This document shows, one piece after another, positions 60,778 through 64,000 of a DNA stretch of 64,000 bases. Position numbers and translations under genes: made by a program. Under the pieces are notes generated by a model. That model made no database searches and was not told the origin of the DNA. It saw nothing but the letters and a program-made list of their open reading frames with translations. Every line of letters starts with the position of its first letter. Position 1 is the stretch's first letter. Location of the stretch: assembly GCF_009914755.1 (NCBI RefSeq), contig NC_060947.1, one strand, 5' to 3'. This stretch comes from the human T2T-CHM13v2.0 reference genome, Homo sapiens.

Positions 60778-61230
60778 TGTGAACCCCAAATATCCGAGAC
60801 AGGTCTCAGTCAATTTAGAAAGTTTATTTTGCCAAAGTTAAAAATGTGCACCCATGACACAGCCTCAGGAGGTCCTGATGATATGTGCCCAAGGTGGTTG
60901 GGACACAGCTTGGTTTTATACATTTTAGGGATATATGAGACATCAATCAATATATGTAAGATGTAAATTGATTTGTTTCAGAAAGGCAAGACAACTTGAA
61001 GTTGGGGCAGGGGTTTCAGGTCATAGATAGATAAGAGACAGATGGTTGTATTCTTTTAAGTTTCTGATTAGCCTTTCCAAAGGAGGCAGTCAGATATGCA
61101 TTTATCTCAGTGAGCAGAGGGATGACTTTGAATAGAATAGGAGGCATGATTGCACTAAATACTTCCCAGATTGACCTTTTTAATTTTAGCTTAGTGATTT
61201 TTGGGTCCCAAAATATATTTTCCTTTCACT
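60778..61230 (-). mobile_element. MER4A-like ERV1 5' LTR
   Basis: Minus strand begins gtgaaaggaaaatatattttgggacccaaaaatcactaagctaaa and ends ggggttcaca just before the PBS. Confidence 0.88.
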
Positions 61231-62930
61231 TGACTAATCAGGATTTATCTCAGGCAGGAAGAGAAAAGGAAATGGAGAACATTTTAATTAAGCACTGTAC
61301 AAATCTTAATAAAATCAGTGCATGTAATACACTGCATTAATAAAATGTAGGAAGAAACACATGACATCTCAGTTGACACCTAAAGAGTATCTGACAAAAT
61401 CCAACATGCTTTCATGTCAAAAACACTCATTAAACTAGTAAAAAGAAAAAAAAAACTGGCTCAACGTGACAAAAGACATTTATGAAAAACCCAGAGCTGA
61501 CAGTATACTCAAAGGTTAAAGAATGAATGCTTTCTTCCCAAAACTAAAAGAAAGACAAGAATATCCATTTTTACTACTTCTATTCAACATAGTACTGTAA
61601 AATTTAGCTAGAGCTAATTAGGCAAGGAAAGGAAATAAAATTTATCCAAATAGGATAAGATGAAGTATAACTATCTATATTCAGAGGCGGCGTGTTTTCA
61701 TGTATTAAATAAAAACAAAAAAAAAATCCACCAAAAATCTACTGGCCCTAGTAAACACATTCTGCAAAGTTACAGGGTACAAAATCAACACACGAAAAAC
61801 ATTTGTGTTTCTATATACTAAACATTCCAAATGAAAATTAAGAAAATTCTATTACAATAGCATGAAGCAGAAAAAAATAGCTAGCAATAAATTTAATCAA
61901 GATGTTCAAAGACTCATTTATTAAAAATTTCAAAACATTGCTAAAGAAAATTAATGAATTGTAAATAAACAGAAAATATTACGTATCATAAAATGACAAA
62001 CGTGGTATTGTCAAGGTGTGAATACTACCATAAATGATCTACAAATTCAATGCAATCTGTATCAAAATCTTAATGACCATTTTAGCAGAAATGAAAAAGC
62101 TGATTCTCAAATTCATATGGAATTTCAAGAGCCCCAAATAGTCAAATCAATCCTGCAAAGAACAAAGTTGGAGAATTTATACTTCGTTATTCCAAAACTT
62201 ACTGTAAAGTTACAATAATCAAGTGTTGTGCAGTTATAAGGATACACATATAGTACAATGCGATAGAACTGAATCGCCAGAAGTAAACCCATAAATCTAT
62301 GGTCAATTGACTTTCATCAAGGGTACCAAGACCATTCAGTGAGGAAAGAATTTTTTCTTCAACAGATGACACTGAGAAAATTTTATATCTACATAAAAAC
62401 ATAAATTTGGATGCCTATATCATACAATATACACAAAATACCTCAAAACAAATTGATAACATAAATATTACAGCTATGATTTTATAAAACTCTTAGAAGA
62501 AACCATAGGGATAAATATTTACGATTTTGAATTTTGCATTGGACTCAGATATAACACCAAAAGTATGAAAAACAATGAAAAATAGATAAATTTGAACCCA
62601 TCAAAATTAAATACATTTGTGCATCAAAAGATGTTATCAAGAAAGTAAAAACACAATATAGACAATGAAAAGGAATATTTCCAAATTTTATATCTGATAA
62701 TGTTCCAGTATCCAGAATATATAAAGAATTTTTGTAATTCAGCAACAAAAACCAAACAACCCAATTAAAAAATTAGAAAAGCATTCGAATGGAAATTTTT
62801 CCAAAAACGATAGATAAATGGGCAATAAGCACATGGAAAGAAGTGTAACATCACTAGACATTAGAGGATATAAAGCCAAACCACAATTAGTCACTTCACA
62901 TCTATAAGAATGGCTATAATAATAATAATA
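61231..62930 (+). mobile_element. Old L1MB-like ORF2 (RT to C-terminus)
   Basis: ctattcaacatagtactg; gatctacaaattcaatgcaat; tctatggtcaattgactttc. Confidence 0.85.
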
Positions 62931-64000
62931 CTTTTTACATTTTTAATTTATATGGATACATAATAGTTTTACATATTTGTGGGGCACATGTGATGTTTTG
63001 ATACAAACACATAATGTCTAATGATCAAATCAGGGTGATTGGGATATTCTTTACCTCAAAAATATATCTTTTTTTTGTGCTAGGAACATTCCAATTCCAC
63101 TCCTCTAGTTATTTTGAAATATACAACAAATTATTGTTAACTACAGTCACCCTATTGTCCAAATAGTGGATCCTATTTAACCTATCTAACTGTATTTTTT
63201 TACTCATCAATCATTCCCCACTTTTTCCCCCCATCTCCTTGTGACCCTTCACAAACTCTAGCAACTATCATTCTACTCTCTATCTCCACGAGTTCAATTT
63301 TTCTTCAGCTCCTATCTATGAGTGAGAAAATGTGATATTTTTCTTTCTGTGCCTGGCTTATTTCACTTATGTCCTGTAGTTCAATCTGTGTTGTTGCAAA
63401 TGTCATGATTGTATTATTTTTATGGCTGAATATTTCATGGGGTAGCACATTTTTTTAATCCATTCATCTGTTGATACACACAGGTAGATTCTATAACTTG
63501 GCTATTGTGAATAGTGCTGTAAAAAACATGGGAGTGTATATATCTATTCAATATGCTTATTTCCTTTCTTTACATATATACTCTTAGTGTCTGTATTACC
63601 ATCTACAGTGTAAAAGGGCTCCCTTTTCTCCATATCCTCACCAGCATTTGTTGTTTCTGTTTTCTTTTTGAGAAAAGCCATTTTAACTGGGGTGACATGA
63701 TATTTCATTGTACATTTCTGTGATAATTTGTGATTTTCAACATTTTTAAGACACCTGTTAGCGACTTGTATATCACCTTTTGATAAATGTTTATTCATAT
63801 ATTTTGTTCATTTGATACCAGGATTATTTGGTTTCTGCTATGTTTTGATTTTGTTTTTGTTTTTTTGTTTTTGTTTTTGTTTTGATATTGAGTTGAGTTT
63901 CTCGTATATTCTGGTCATTATTCCTTTGTAAGTTGAACAGTCAGCAAGTATTTTTTCTTATTCTGTAGATTATCTCTTCATTTATTAATTATTTCCGTGG
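62931..64000 (-). mobile_element. L1MA4/5-like 3' end, running off the window
   Basis: ggatacataatag..ttacatattt.tggggcacatgtgat...taatgatcaaatcaggg. Confidence 0.87.

Overview
This is primate (human-like) genomic DNA, AT-rich and almost entirely decayed transposable elements. I find no supportable protein-coding gene, RNA gene or CRISPR array. The longer ORFs map to L1, Alu, MaLR or ERV remnants, or are random. LINE-1 of many ages dominates (L1ME/L1MB/L1MA/L1PB/L1PA, often nested), alongside three Alus, two complete MaLR proviruses (MSTA-like, THE1D-like), a truncated MER4-group ERV1, solo LTRs, two MER20 and one Tigger3b. Subfamily names are by-eye recognition, not RepeatMasker output, and old-element boundaries are approximate. 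I see no convincing new multi-gene system. The most interesting features are: (1) a near-perfect 57-bp-arm hairpin in apparently non-repeat DNA (15288-15424) with a miR-25/92-type seed at the start of its 3' arm; (2) an inverted LTR+PBS fragment inside the ERV that ends at the PBS boundary, like captured plus-strand strong-stop DNA; (3) several templated-insertion or template-switch scars; (4) a ~240-bp monomer array in an old L1 5'UTR plus a displaced monomer piece; (5) a probable large ancient deletion fusing two L1PA copies; and (6) three 5'-inverted (twin-primed) L1s.
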